Shown here one piece after another: positions 54,513-64,000 of a stretch of DNA of 64,000 bases (within the stretch, counting starts at the first letter, position 1; each line of letters opens with the position of its first letter). A program made the position numbers and the translations under genes. The stretch is taken from assembly GCA_965208675.1 (NCBI GenBank), contig OZ242351.1:4576001-4640000 (forward strand). Direction: 5' to 3'. Below the pieces are notes generated by a model, which saw nothing but the letters and a program-made list of their open reading frames with translations, was not told the DNA's origin and did no database searches. The stretch is from Candidatus Poribacteria bacterium (GTDB taxonomy: Bacteria; Poribacteria; WGA-4E; PCPOR2b).

Positions 54513-57257
54513 TTGACATATAATTTTGACAAAATTGCAATGCTAGCGTCCCCTGTGGATAACGTGGCAATTGCGACAAGGACAGTCAATGCGGGATCGG
54601 AAATCAACGGTGAAGGCGAACGCTACACGCTATCCCACACTGTTTTAGAGGGTCACCGGTTCGCAGTCAAGACGATTCGTCTAGGGGAAAGTCTGCTTTC
54701 GTGGGGCTTGACGTTTGGCATTTCAACGACTCAGATTAGCCCTGGAGACTACATCTGCAACGCGGGTATTCTTGATGCGCTTTCTCTTAGAAGTTTGGAT
54801 TTCGAACTTCCGACGTGGCCAAATTTTAGGGATGATATTGTCCCATATGTTCTCGAAACAAATGCTTTCCAGCCGGGAGCAAAATTATACCCATATGACC
54901 ATCAGCGTTTTTTTGCCGGATACCGAAGGGCGGGAAACCGGGGCGTAGGAACGCGAAATTATATCGTCGTGATGGGCACAACCTCCCGGACTTCCAGCTT
55001 TGCCAACAAGTTAGCGGCTCGGTTCAATGACGCCGCAGCAAGCTACGAAAACTTAGATGGAATCGCCGCGGTAGGGCACACCGAAGGCGGAGAAGAGAAT
55101 GAACCGAACAATCTAGATATATTGCTCCGCACGCTCGCAGGGTTTATGGTGCATCCAAATGTTGGGGCAATACTCGTAGTTGACTACGGTACAGAATCGG
55201 TCACCAACAAGATGCTTGAGCGGTATGCCGCGCAGCATAGCTACCCGATACATGACGTACGCCATCGATTTTTGACCTTACGAGGCAGCTTCAACGCCAG
55301 TCTGGATAAGGGTGAAGCGATTGTCAACGGCTGGTTGGAAGAGATAAACGCGGCGGACAAGCGCACCGAGCAACCTGTCTCAGATTTGAAGATTGCGCTC
55401 CAGTGCGGCGGTTCAGATGCATTTTCAGGAATCTCCGGCAATCCGCTGGCAGCTTATGTTGCGAAGGAGATAATTCGCCATGGCGGATGTGCTAACCTAG
55501 CAGAAACGGATGAGTTAATCGGCGCAGAAGCATACGTCCTGCAGAACGTTAAGGATTTAAAGACCGCCCAGAAGTTCCTCGACACGATTGCGCGATTCAA
55601 GGAACGGGCGGCATGGCATGGGCATACTGTAGAAGCCAATCCCTCAGGCGGCAATAAGTTTCGCGGATTGTACAACATTGTAATCAAATCGATTGGCGCG
55701 GCTATGAAGCGGCACCCGGACGTTCGTCTAGATGACGTTATCGCCTATGGCGAGCGCATGTTAACATCGGGTTACTATTTCATGGACAGCCCGGGCAACG
55801 ACCTTGAGAGCATTGCCGGACAGGTCGCTTCAGGGTCAAATCTGATATTCTTTGTGACCGGCAACGGTTCGATTACAAACTTCCCTTTTGTTCCGACGAT
55901 AAAGATTGTTACTACGACCGGGCGGTACGATTTGTTGCAAAATGAGATGGATGTGAATGCAGGGGCGTATCTGGATGGGATGCCGATGGGGGTATTGGGT
56001 CAAGACATGTTCGAACTAACCCTCAGCATTGCGGGCGGTGAGCAGTCAGTTGGTGAAAAGGCGGGCCATTCTCAGGTCTCAATCTGGCGAAATTGGCGCC
56101 AAGCTCGTACAGCCGATTTAAAATCAGTGTTGCCGAGAGAAGTTCCCGATGGTAAACCGCTTCCCATCCGTACAGCGCAGCGTCCAGCCGCCCCGCCTTG
56201 CGCCGCGGAGGACGAGGCAACAACTAATTTAAAGTTTAACGCCATTCAAACCAAGGATGGATACCGGAGCGATCAGATTGGCTTGGTGCTGCCGACGAGT
56301 CTGTGTTCCGGCCAGATTGCCCAGATGATTGCTGACCGCTTAAATCGGCGCAGAGCCGGTGAATCTCAAGGAATCTCTCGATACGCGGCGCTGCCCCATA
56401 CGGAGGGTTGCGGCGTGTCAGGGGGCAATTCCGAGGACATTTACGCAAGAACTCTGATCGGGCATCTAATCCATCCAATTGTAGCGTTGGGTGTACTTTT
56501 AGAACATGGGTGTGAAAAAACACACAACGACTACATCGCGGACGCGATCGGTAATGACGGCATACCGATCGATCGATACGGCTGGGCGAGCGTGCAACTC
56601 GATGGGGGTATTGATGCGGCAATTCACAAGGTCGAAAATTGGTTTGACACCCGTTTAGCAGGGATGGGCGCGCCATACTATTCCGATGTAGGGCTGGAGC
56701 ATTTATGCCTTGGGTTGACCTCAATCGGTAAAGTCTCCAATAATGCAGCGCAGAGCGTGGTTAACGTTATCCAAACCGTCGTCGGCGAAGGCGGCACAGT
56801 TGTTGTCCCCGCCAATGCAACAGGTTTGGTTTCGCATGCGTACCTGAATCGTGTGTTAGGCGATCAAATCCTCAAGCCTACGCTGGCTTACGGTCAAAGG
56901 GTTGCTAAACCAGGCTTTCATATTATGGACACGCCCACAAGCCACGTTGTCGAAACTTTGACGGGTTTGGGCGGAACAGGTGTGGACGTGATGTTTGCGC
57001 ATGTTGCGGGGCACCCGCTGCAATCTCACCGTATGATTCCGCTGATCCAAGCTACGACTGACGAGACAACCGAATTGATTTATCACGACGATCTGGATCT
57101 ATCGCCTGCAGATGAGGATTGGACTCCCGACGAATTTTCGTTTCAAATGCTTCAGATCATCTTGGAAGTTGCCTCGCGGCGCTATACCCCAAAACTCTAT
57201 GGCAGAGGAAACACGGACTTTCAATTTACGCGCGGGCTGCTTGGCATTTCGATGTGA
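54513..57257 (+). CDS. UxaA family (altronate/galactarate dehydratase-like) protein with SAF domain and duplicated C-terminal half
   Basis: DNVAIA, GHRFA, GTRNYI, HTEG, HPNVGA, LQCGGSD..SG, NPSGGN..GL, FMDSPGND and FVTGNG motifs; second partial copy with HTEGCG...GCEK. Confidence 0.88.
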   Translation: MTYNFDKIAMLASPVDNVAIATRTVNAGSEINGEGERYTLSHTVLEGHRFAVKTIRLGESLLSWGLTFGISTTQISPGDYICNAGILDALSLRSLDFELPTWPNFRDDIVPYVLETNAFQPGAKLYPYDHQRFFAGYRRAGNRGVGTRNYIVVMGTTSRTSSFANKLAARFNDAAASYENLDGIAAVGHTEGGEENEPNNLDILLRTLAGFMVHPNVGAILVVDYGTESVTNKMLERYAAQHSYPIHDVRHRFLTLRGSFNASLDKGEAIVNGWLEEINAADKRTEQPVSDLKIALQCGGSDAFSGISGNPLAAYVAKEIIRHGGCANLAETDELIGAEAYVLQNVKDLKTAQKFLDTIARFKERAAWHGHTVEANPSGGNKFRGLYNIVIKSIGAAMKRHPDVRLDDVIAYGERMLTSGYYFMDSPGNDLESIAGQVASGSNLIFFVTGNGSITNFPFVPTIKIVTTTGRYDLLQNEMDVNAGAYLDGMPMGVLGQDMFELTLSIAGGEQSVGEKAGHSQVSIWRNWRQARTADLKSVLPREVPDGKPLPIRTAQRPAAPPCAAEDEATTNLKFNAIQTKDGYRSDQIGLVLPTSLCSGQIAQMIADRLNRRRAGESQGISRYAALPHTEGCGVSGGNSEDIYARTLIGHLIHPIVALGVLLEHGCEKTHNDYIADAIGNDGIPIDRYGWASVQLDGGIDAAIHKVENWFDTRLAGMGAPYYSDVGLEHLCLGLTSIGKVSNNAAQSVVNVIQTVVGEGGTVVVPANATGLVSHAYLNRVLGDQILKPTLAYGQRVAKPGFHIMDTPTSHVVETLTGLGGTGVDVMFAHVAGHPLQSHRMIPLIQATTDETTELIYHDDLDLSPADEDWTPDEFSFQMLQIILEVASRRYTPKLYGRGNTDFQFTRGLLGISM

Positions 57258-57333
57258 TATTCTTTCTTAACTTCCGCACCACCCATCTTCAGATGGGAAG
57301 GACAAGAATACCCAGTCATGGAGCATTAGAACA

Positions 57334-58296
57334 GTGGAGTCTATTGCTGACGCAATTCACCGACGTGCAACCGTGGTTGTGGCTCATGACCACCGTCCGA
57401 TTGGTGAAGATTTGCCGCTGATGGCTGAAGGCGGCGTTACCGCAAAAGTTTTTCAGATTACGCTAGACGTGGATGTAGATGCGGGTTATCAGGCGTCCAG
57501 ATATCAGACAGAGGGATGGCTGCGGTTGGCGGCGTGCGGACTGGAAAACGCGTTGAGCGAAATTGAACGCCATTACCCCGACTGCGTCCTCGTAAAAAAG
57601 CCCTGCGACATCCGACAAGCCAAGGCGGAGAGGCGCGCCGCGATTATGCTTGGCGCGGAAGGGGCGCGGTGGCTCGAAGGTACTCTCGAACCGCTTCGAT
57701 TATTCCATCGCCTGGGGCTTCGTGAACTTCAACTCACTTGGGCTTTTCCCAACCCGCTCGTGCCTGACGGCCGCCTCAGCCGTTTTGGAGAAGAGGTTGT
57801 CTCCGAATGCGAAAAACTGGGGATACTTGTAGACGTGACGCACATACCGAAAGATGCGTTTTACGACGTGATTCGCCGCGCACAACGTCCTGTCATCGTG
57901 TCTCACGGAACGGCGAAGACACTCACAAAGGATTTGGATGACCATCAACTCCGCGCACTCGCCTCAACGGGCGGGCTGCTCGGCGTCCATTTTTACATTA
58001 CGTATCTCAACCCTACACCGACGCCAGAGGACATTTTTGGGCAAATAGATTATGTCGCCGAGTTGATAGGAATTGATCACGTTGCGCTCGGCGTAGATTT
58101 TTTTCCCACCGAGGGCGCATGGCGAGATTTGCAAGTTGCACAGGGAGCGTTAGACCTTCGCTGGGCGGTAAAGGATATGAGTGAAATGCCCAAGATTACA
58201 GAATGCCTCGTCGAACACGGTTACTCGGAGGTAGATATACACAAGGTGCTTGGAGGCAATTTTCTCAGGGTATGCCAGGAGGTGTTCGGAGAATGA
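57334..58296 (+). CDS. Membrane dipeptidase (M19) family amidohydrolase
   Basis: LGAEG, LQLTW, GILVDVTH, VIVSH, GIDHVALGVDF and LGGNFLRV motifs. Confidence 0.85.
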   Translation: MESIADAIHRRATVVVAHDHRPIGEDLPLMAEGGVTAKVFQITLDVDVDAGYQASRYQTEGWLRLAACGLENALSEIERHYPDCVLVKKPCDIRQAKAERRAAIMLGAEGARWLEGTLEPLRLFHRLGLRELQLTWAFPNPLVPDGRLSRFGEEVVSECEKLGILVDVTHIPKDAFYDVIRRAQRPVIVSHGTAKTLTKDLDDHQLRALASTGGLLGVHFYITYLNPTPTPEDIFGQIDYVAELIGIDHVALGVDFFPTEGAWRDLQVAQGALDLRWAVKDMSEMPKITECLVEHGYSEVDIHKVLGGNFLRVCQEVFGE

Positions 58297-59252
58297 TTAT
58301 TGACTCTCACACGCATGTATTTGACCGCAGTGTCGGAGGCGCGGAAGAAAATTTCCCTCTTTGGCCCGGGGTAACCCACGGCGCCAGCGGGCCTGATCTG
58401 CTCCGCCAGATGGACGGTTCGGGCGTCGACAAGGCTTTTCTCATCAGTTACACCGCCGTGGATGTTATGGCGCATTATCACCCTGACAAACGAGACCATC
58501 TGGTTTCCGTCTTTCAGCACTATCTGACCAAGGACTATTTCATCCGGGTGTGGGAAGAGAACCCCCACCGCTTTGTCTGGTTTGCGGATTCGATTGATCC
58601 GCGTGTCCCCGGTTACGTAGAACGCGCGGAGCAAGATTTGAACCGCGGCGCCGCCGGACTAAAGCTGCTGCCGCTGTTTGTGGACACCGAATTGGGCGAT
58701 CCGCGCTGGCGGCCTATCTTTGAACTGCTTCACAAACACGGCAAGCCGTGCATTGTCGATCTGTCGTGGTGGTATGCCGACCAGCCTTGGTTTTCTCCGA
58801 GCGTCTACGGGAAGTATGAAACCTACACCGACTATGTTCAGGGACTGAGGGAATTGGCGGCGGAATTTCCGGATGTCAAAATCCAATTAGCGCATTACGG
58901 TACACCGCGTCTTCAAGATCGAGGCGATCCGGCACACACCATTCATTATGACCGCTTGCAAGAACCGATTGAACTCATGCGAGCGCATTCCAATCTCCGC
59001 TGCGATCTATCTGCGTGCCAACACCTCATTCCAAAGAATGAACCGTTTCCATATTGGAGCGTGTTGCGGGTGTTAAAGATTCTGGTGGACGAGTTGGGAG
59101 CAGAACGCATCCATTGGGGCACCGATTGGCCGTACCTGAGAGCGCAGCCTTATTCAGAATTGGTTCGGGCAATTCGGGAAGCGCCATTCTTGACGGCGAG
59201 CGACGCTGAAAAGATATTGGGTCTCAATGCTCAAAAATTCTTGGGTGAATAG
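58293..59252 (+). CDS. Amidohydrolase family protein (Amidohydro_2)
   Basis: IIDSHTH, GLKL, LAHYG, WGTDWP and ILGLNA motifs; ATGA overlap with the upstream gene. Confidence 0.85.
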   Translation: MIIDSHTHVFDRSVGGAEENFPLWPGVTHGASGPDLLRQMDGSGVDKAFLISYTAVDVMAHYHPDKRDHLVSVFQHYLTKDYFIRVWEENPHRFVWFADSIDPRVPGYVERAEQDLNRGAAGLKLLPLFVDTELGDPRWRPIFELLHKHGKPCIVDLSWWYADQPWFSPSVYGKYETYTDYVQGLRELAAEFPDVKIQLAHYGTPRLQDRGDPAHTIHYDRLQEPIELMRAHSNLRCDLSACQHLIPKNEPFPYWSVLRVLKILVDELGAERIHWGTDWPYLRAQPYSELVRAIREAPFLTASDAEKILGLNAQKFLGE

Positions 59253-59276
59253 GGCCGTTTACCGTTTAGCTCCGAA

Positions 59277-60479
59277 CTATGAAGATGACGATTGGCAACT
59301 ATCGGTTAATTGCACGGCGTTAAAAGCGTCAATGGCTGCATTTAAATCTTCGGTCGTATGCGCCGCCATGACAGCGATCCGCAATCGCCCTGTGCCTTCA
59401 GGCACGGTAGGAGGGCGAATAGCCGGCGCGTAAACGCCGTAATTAAGCAACATATCGGCAAACTTTGCGGTGACTTTTGCGGAGCCGAGAATTAGCGGGA
59501 GAATTTGGGTTTGGGTCGACAGTAATTGGAATCCCGCTTCGGATAGCGCGGTTGCCAATTGCCGCGTGTTGGAGAACAGACGGCGGCGCAATTCAGGCGT
59601 TGAACGCATCACATCAATTGCAGCCGAAGCTGATGCCAATGTTGCCGGCGGCAGGCCTGTCGAGAAGATAAAACTGCGTGCGCGGTTTATCAGAAGGTCG
59701 ATCAACGTGCGTCCCCCCGCGACATATCCCCCCAATCCACCAATGGCTTTGCTCAGCGTTCCGATCTGGATAATGTCCCGGTTTTCCAGTCCGAAGTGCT
59801 CAACAGCGCCTCCTCCTGTTTTGCCTAAAACGCCAAAGCTATGTGCTTCATCTACAATTACGACTGCGTTGTACGTCTCAGCCAAGCGGCAAATTTCAGG
59901 CAGCGGGGCAATGTTGCCATCCATACTAAAGACGCCATCGGTCACGATCAGCTTTCGCCTGAAAGTTGCCGATTGCGACAGCAGCGATTCTAGATGGACG
60001 ATATCATGATGACGGTAGATTTGCGTATTGGCTTTGCTCAGGCGGCAACCATCGATAATGCTGGCGTGATTAAGCGCGTCGCTAAGGATGAGATCTCCAT
60101 CGCCCGCCAACGCAGGGATTGTGCCGATATTTGCCAGATAACCGGAACTAAAGACTAAGGCGGCTTCAGTTCCCTTCACTTCGGCGATCTTCGACTCAAG
60201 ATTGGTGTAAAGCTGGCAATTTCCCGTCAGTAATCGCGAGCCGCTTGCCCCCGTGCCGTATTCCCGCACTGCATTAGCGGCAGCTTCAATGACTTTCGGG
60301 TGGGTACTCAAACCGAGGTAGTTATTCGAACCAAGGGTGATGACTTCCCGTCCATCAAGGACAACGCGACCTGTTGGGGCTGACATGACGGTTCGCAGGA
60401 ATCTCCGGCGCCCCGCCTGATGAAGGCGATTCAGTTCTGCACGAATCCAGCATTCTACATCCACAAGATTGTCCTCCAC
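59277..60479 (-). CDS. bioF: 8-amino-7-oxononanoate synthase
   Basis: SNNYLGL, GASGSRLLTG, SGYLAN, NHASIIDG, DGVFSMDG, DEAH, GTLSKA and AIRPPTVP motifs. Confidence 0.88.
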   Translation of the reverse strand: MEDNLVDVECWIRAELNRLHQAGRRRFLRTVMSAPTGRVVLDGREVITLGSNNYLGLSTHPKVIEAAANAVREYGTGASGSRLLTGNCQLYTNLESKIAEVKGTEAALVFSSGYLANIGTIPALAGDGDLILSDALNHASIIDGCRLSKANTQIYRHHDIVHLESLLSQSATFRRKLIVTDGVFSMDGNIAPLPEICRLAETYNAVVIVDEAHSFGVLGKTGGGAVEHFGLENRDIIQIGTLSKAIGGLGGYVAGGRTLIDLLINRARSFIFSTGLPPATLASASAAIDVMRSTPELRRRLFSNTRQLATALSEAGFQLLSTQTQILPLILGSAKVTAKFADMLLNYGVYAPAIRPPTVPEGTGRLRIAVMAAHTTEDLNAAIDAFNAVQLTDSCQSSSS

Positions 60480-60580
60480 GCAAATTGAAATCGAGAGCCC
60501 ACCTTAAGCCAGCCGGTTATTTTGGAAAATGTCATTCAGTTCAAATCACGACAAAAACTAGACCGACAAATTTTAATGCA

Positions 60581-61981
60581 TCAATCAGAGTCACGGCCAT
60601 GCGAATCCCCACCGCTTTTGTTCAGCCAACCGTAGGATTCCAACTTTCTGTATAGCGTTCGCAATCCGATGCCCAACATCTCAGCCGCACGTTTTTTATT
60701 TCCGCCGGTTTCTGTTAAGGTTTTGCTAATCGCCTCCTTTTCAATTTCATCCATTGTCATTCCAACTTGCGCAAAACCGTCATCTGATGTTGGCACGAGA
60801 ATCGGGATTTCATCTTGGGTACCCGGCGCAAGATCCTTGAGGTCGATAGTATGAGATGCCGCCAAGATGACCGCAGTTTCGAGTGCGTTTCGCAGTTCAC
60901 GAATGTTACCGGGCCAGTCCGTGTTTTTTAAGTAATCCATGGCTTCATGCGTAATATTGGTGAGCGATTTGTTGTGTTCCTTGCTAAATTCTCTAATAAA
61001 CGCCGTAACGAGAAGCGGTATGTCTTCACGGCGCTCTCTCAACGGGGGCACCGGCAGCGGAAATCGATTGATTCGATAATAGAGATCGGCTCGAAAAGCG
61101 CCGTTTAGCACAGCAGTTTCGAGGTCCTTGTTTGTTGCTGCAATGACTCGGACGTCAACGTGGAAAGTCTTATCCCCCCCAAGCCTGGTGAATTCGTGCT
61201 CCTCCAACACCCTCAAGAATTTAACCTGTGTTTCAAGACTCATTTCCCCGATTTCGTCGAGGAACAGTGTCCCGCCGTCTGCTTGTTCGAACACTCCTCG
61301 TTTGGTCGCTGCCGCGCCAGTAAATGCCCCCCGCTCGTGGCCAAAGAGTTCACTTTCGAGAAGTTCGCGGTGGAGCGCACCGCAGTTGATTGGTTTGTAC
61401 GAACTGTCTCTCCGAGGGCTGTGATTGTGAATTGCCTTGGCAATAAGCTCCTTACCGACTCCGCTTTCACCCGTGATGAGCACCGTCGCCTTTGTCGGAG
61501 CGACCTGCCGAATCTTGCGAAAGAGGTCGAGCATGTTTTTAGATTTGCCGATGATATTGTCAAACCCGAACTTATCATCAAGCTGCTCTCTGAGGTTGGC
61601 GGTTTGGAGGAAGAGCAACTGCTTTTCCAGTGCATTTTTCACCGTCTGGCGCAAGGTATTAATCTCTATTGGCTTTTTGAGGTAATAAAACGCACCTTCT
61701 CTCATGGCTTCAACCGCGCTGTCAATCGTGCCATAACCGGTTAAGACAATTACCTGGGTGTAAGGGTTACTCTCTTGAAGATATTTGAGCAGATCGATGC
61801 CACTCAGATCGGGCATTTTGAGATCGGTGATTACGACATTGATGTCTTCTTTGCCGAGGATGTTGAGCGCCTGACGCCCCCCTGACGCTGAATGGAGTTC
61901 GTACCCTTCACGTTCTAAGACTTCAATGGTTGTTTCTACGCTTGCCAGATCGTCATCTACGACAAGGATTTTCGGGTTCAT
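60581..61981 (-). CDS. Sigma54-dependent response regulator (NtrC/AtoC family)
   Basis: Receiver domain ILVVDD...TDLKMP; GESGVGKE; GAFTGA; WPGNIREL; Fis-type HTH. Confidence 0.95.
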   Translation of the reverse strand: MNPKILVVDDDLASVETTIEVLEREGYELHSASGGRQALNILGKEDINVVITDLKMPDLSGIDLLKYLQESNPYTQVIVLTGYGTIDSAVEAMREGAFYYLKKPIEINTLRQTVKNALEKQLLFLQTANLREQLDDKFGFDNIIGKSKNMLDLFRKIRQVAPTKATVLITGESGVGKELIAKAIHNHSPRRDSSYKPINCGALHRELLESELFGHERGAFTGAAATKRGVFEQADGGTLFLDEIGEMSLETQVKFLRVLEEHEFTRLGGDKTFHVDVRVIAATNKDLETAVLNGAFRADLYYRINRFPLPVPPLRERREDIPLLVTAFIREFSKEHNKSLTNITHEAMDYLKNTDWPGNIRELRNALETAVILAASHTIDLKDLAPGTQDEIPILVPTSDDGFAQVGMTMDEIEKEAISKTLTETGGNKKRAAEMLGIGLRTLYRKLESYGWLNKSGGDSHGRDSD

Positions 61982-62040
61982 TGCATCACCGATGGGGGTG
62001 AAGAGGGAAGAGTAATGCGTGAAGAGCAAAGAGTAAGGCC

Positions 62041-62823
62041 TTATATTATCGGTATTAGGATTGAAAAGGTTGTGTTCTTATTGGCTTCGCACCTTACTGT
62101 TACGCTACCGCCGTGGTTTTCGACAATTTGTTTGACAATGGCTAGACCGACCCCTGTCCCATCTTCTTTGGTTGAAACGAACAGGTCGAACACCTTGCCG
62201 CGAATAGCCGTGTCAATACCCTCGCCCGTATCCTCCACTTCGATTTGGATTTGCCCGTTCAAAGTATTTGCGCGCACGATCAGCTTTCCGCCGTCTTCCA
62301 TGGCCTGATGGGCGTTAATCACCAAATTCAGCAGTGCCTGTTTGAACTGTGCGCGATCGAGTTGGACGAGAGGAAGTTCCTGAATTTCACGAAAGACCTG
62401 AATGTTTTGTCTTTGTGCTTCTGGTTCGTTAAAATCCAGCACTTCCTCAATTAGCGTAGCGAGGTTCACAGCTTCAAGCGTTAAGGGAGGCAGTCGAGAG
62501 TAACGGCCAAAATCGGTCAATATCCGGTCTAAATGTTTAACCTCATCTCGAACTCGGCGAATACGCTTCTGCAAATGGCTCGGATCGCTTTTCGAATCGG
62601 AAAAATCTTCCTCTAGGAGTTGAAGGTTCAAGTTCATACTGTTCAGTGGATTGCGCAACTCATGAACCAATTCTCTCGCAAGCGCGTGCATCTGTTCACT
62701 GTTTTTGCCGTTCGCTGTTTTGCCGCTATGAATGGACTTCCTACCCCGAACAGCCGCGATGACGAAACAAACGATGAAGACGAAGATGATTCCACTCAGA
62801 ATTACCCACCAGAAACTATTCAT
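62041..62823 (-). CDS. Sensor histidine kinase (single TM, no obvious sensor domain)
   Basis: HELRNPL (H box), NLVINA (N box), DTGEGI and GTGVGL motifs. Confidence 0.92.
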   Translation of the reverse strand: MNSFWWVILSGIIFVFIVCFVIAAVRGRKSIHSGKTANGKNSEQMHALARELVHELRNPLNSMNLNLQLLEEDFSDSKSDPSHLQKRIRRVRDEVKHLDRILTDFGRYSRLPPLTLEAVNLATLIEEVLDFNEPEAQRQNIQVFREIQELPLVQLDRAQFKQALLNLVINAHQAMEDGGKLIVRANTLNGQIQIEVEDTGEGIDTAIRGKVFDLFVSTKEDGTGVGLAIVKQIVENHGGSVTVRCEANKNTTFSILIPII

Positions 62824-63040
62824 AAAATTTTATAGGATTCCACCTATAAGGAAAGGCGGCATTCGTGGAATCTGCCAACTATTCCAATGAAATCTGATGT
62901 TATTTCACTCGCCGGAGGCCTTGCGACAAAAATACCCGTTTTAACTATGGGGATGAATCGTGGAATCGGGGCAAGTCGGTTGTCAAGCCGATAAGGGCAA
63001 ACGTGGAAGGGCTTAGGAGAAGAAGGTCAAGCAACAAAGA

Positions 63041-64000
63041 TTATGCTGCCTGTCTTTGATTTCTTACATGCCAGGCATGTAAAATCGGACTCGCGACAAA
63101 GATTGATGAATAAGTACCAACAAGGACCCCAACAATCAGGGCGAACGCAAACGTATTGATTTCCTCACCAGGACTTGATAGGGTAAAAATTGTAAGGACG
63201 ACAAAGAACGTCGTCAATGAAGTAATAATGGTACGGCTCAAGGATTGGTTTATGCTTTGGTTGATAATATCAACGTAGTCCACGCCTTTAAACAAGTTCG
63301 TGTTCTCACGGATGCGGTCAAAGACGACGATTGTATCATTAAGAGAGTAACCGATGATTGTCAGAAATGCCGCCACCGTCGGCAAATTTATTTCTTTCAC
63401 CAACAACGAAAAGATTCCTAATGTAATCAATACATCGTGGATGAGAGCCGCAATCGCACCGACAGCAAACCGAAATTCAAACCGCCATGAGATGTACAAT
63501 AGCAGAATTACAATTGACGATAAGATTGACCACAAAGCCGCCCATTTGAGATCTTTCCCGACGCTCGGCCCCACCTCAGAGACGTTGACACCTTGCGGCA
63601 GTGCGTGCCAATCGGAATCTCCCCGCAACAAAGCATCCGAGAGTGTGCGTCCGGCGCTTGATTGCATCTGCACAATAGCAGCCGAGGTAAAGTCCACACT
63701 TGCCGGCTTTACGAGTTCAAACGTAATCGTACCATCTTGCTCTACAATTTCACGAATTTCATTTTTCGTACGTTCATCACCCTCAACGATTTGTATAACA
63801 TCGCCGGGTTGAAAAAGATGAACATATTGCGCCGCAGGGCGGATTGGAAGGCTTGCCGCTGTAGCATCGCCAGGATCTGAAGCCAAACCTGCACTAATTT
63901 TTTGGTCTTCAAATTCTGGCTGGTATCTAATGTCTATTGAAGCTTCCTGTTTGGCTGGATCCTCCTGAATCTTGGGGCGGTCATAGCCAAGTTGCGCCAA
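63041..64000 (-). CDS. secF: Protein translocase subunit SecF (5' truncated by window edge)
   Basis: VGPSVG, YISWRFE, HDVLIT, GYSLNDTIVVFDRIREN, SRTIITSLTT and GTYSSIFVA motifs. Confidence 0.95.
   Translation of the reverse strand: MAQLGYDRPKIQEDPAKQEASIDIRYQPEFEDQKISAGLASDPGDATAASLPIRPAAQYVHLFQPGDVIQIVEGDERTKNEIREIVEQDGTITFELVKPASVDFTSAAIVQMQSSAGRTLSDALLRGDSDWHALPQGVNVSEVGPSVGKDLKWAALWSILSSIVILLLYISWRFEFRFAVGAIAALIHDVLITLGIFSLLVKEINLPTVAAFLTIIGYSLNDTIVVFDRIRENTNLFKGVDYVDIINQSINQSLSRTIITSLTTFFVVLTIFTLSSPGEEINTFAFALIVGVLVGTYSSIFVASPILHAWHVRNQRQAA

Overview
Bacterial 64 kb window with about 47 protein-coding genes. I saw no rRNA, tRNA, CRISPR array or intact transposase. The gene content strongly resembles Ca. 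Poribacteria or a similar sponge-associated lineage (inference): secreted LamG proteins ending in an AVxPxGKLxTTWGxIK-like tail, a WD40 protein with an LLQNYPNPFNPETWIPYQL C-terminal domain, many PhyH, TPR and ankyrin proteins, and a CotH-ankyrin fusion. Main blocks, in order: (1) a 5'-truncated redoxin fusion with an in-frame TGA in a W-U-P-S-C motif and a SECIS-like hairpin, i.e. a probable selenoprotein missed by the ORF track; (2) peptidoglycan-recycling genes (AmiE-like, namZ, anmK) with an SLC12-like transporter and MscS; (3) CotH-ankyrin, NadD-like, TPR/transglutaminase and CRTAC1 genes; (4) a five-gene LamG array; (5) a minus-strand iolD-led catabolic cluster with unusual partners (PhyH dioxygenase plus small protein, Gfo/Idh/MocA, orphan AceE-like ThDP enzyme, VOC, atypical M24, two SDRs); (6) GT25 and an MmeI-type restriction-modification enzyme; (7) BlaI, BlaR1, a membrane-anchored ECF sigma and a WD40 protein; (8) a duplicated UxaA with two amidohydrolases, bioF, an NtrC-type two-component pair and partial secF. 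Two families of dispersed intergenic repeats are also visible. All family calls come from motif recognition by eye, not from database searches.
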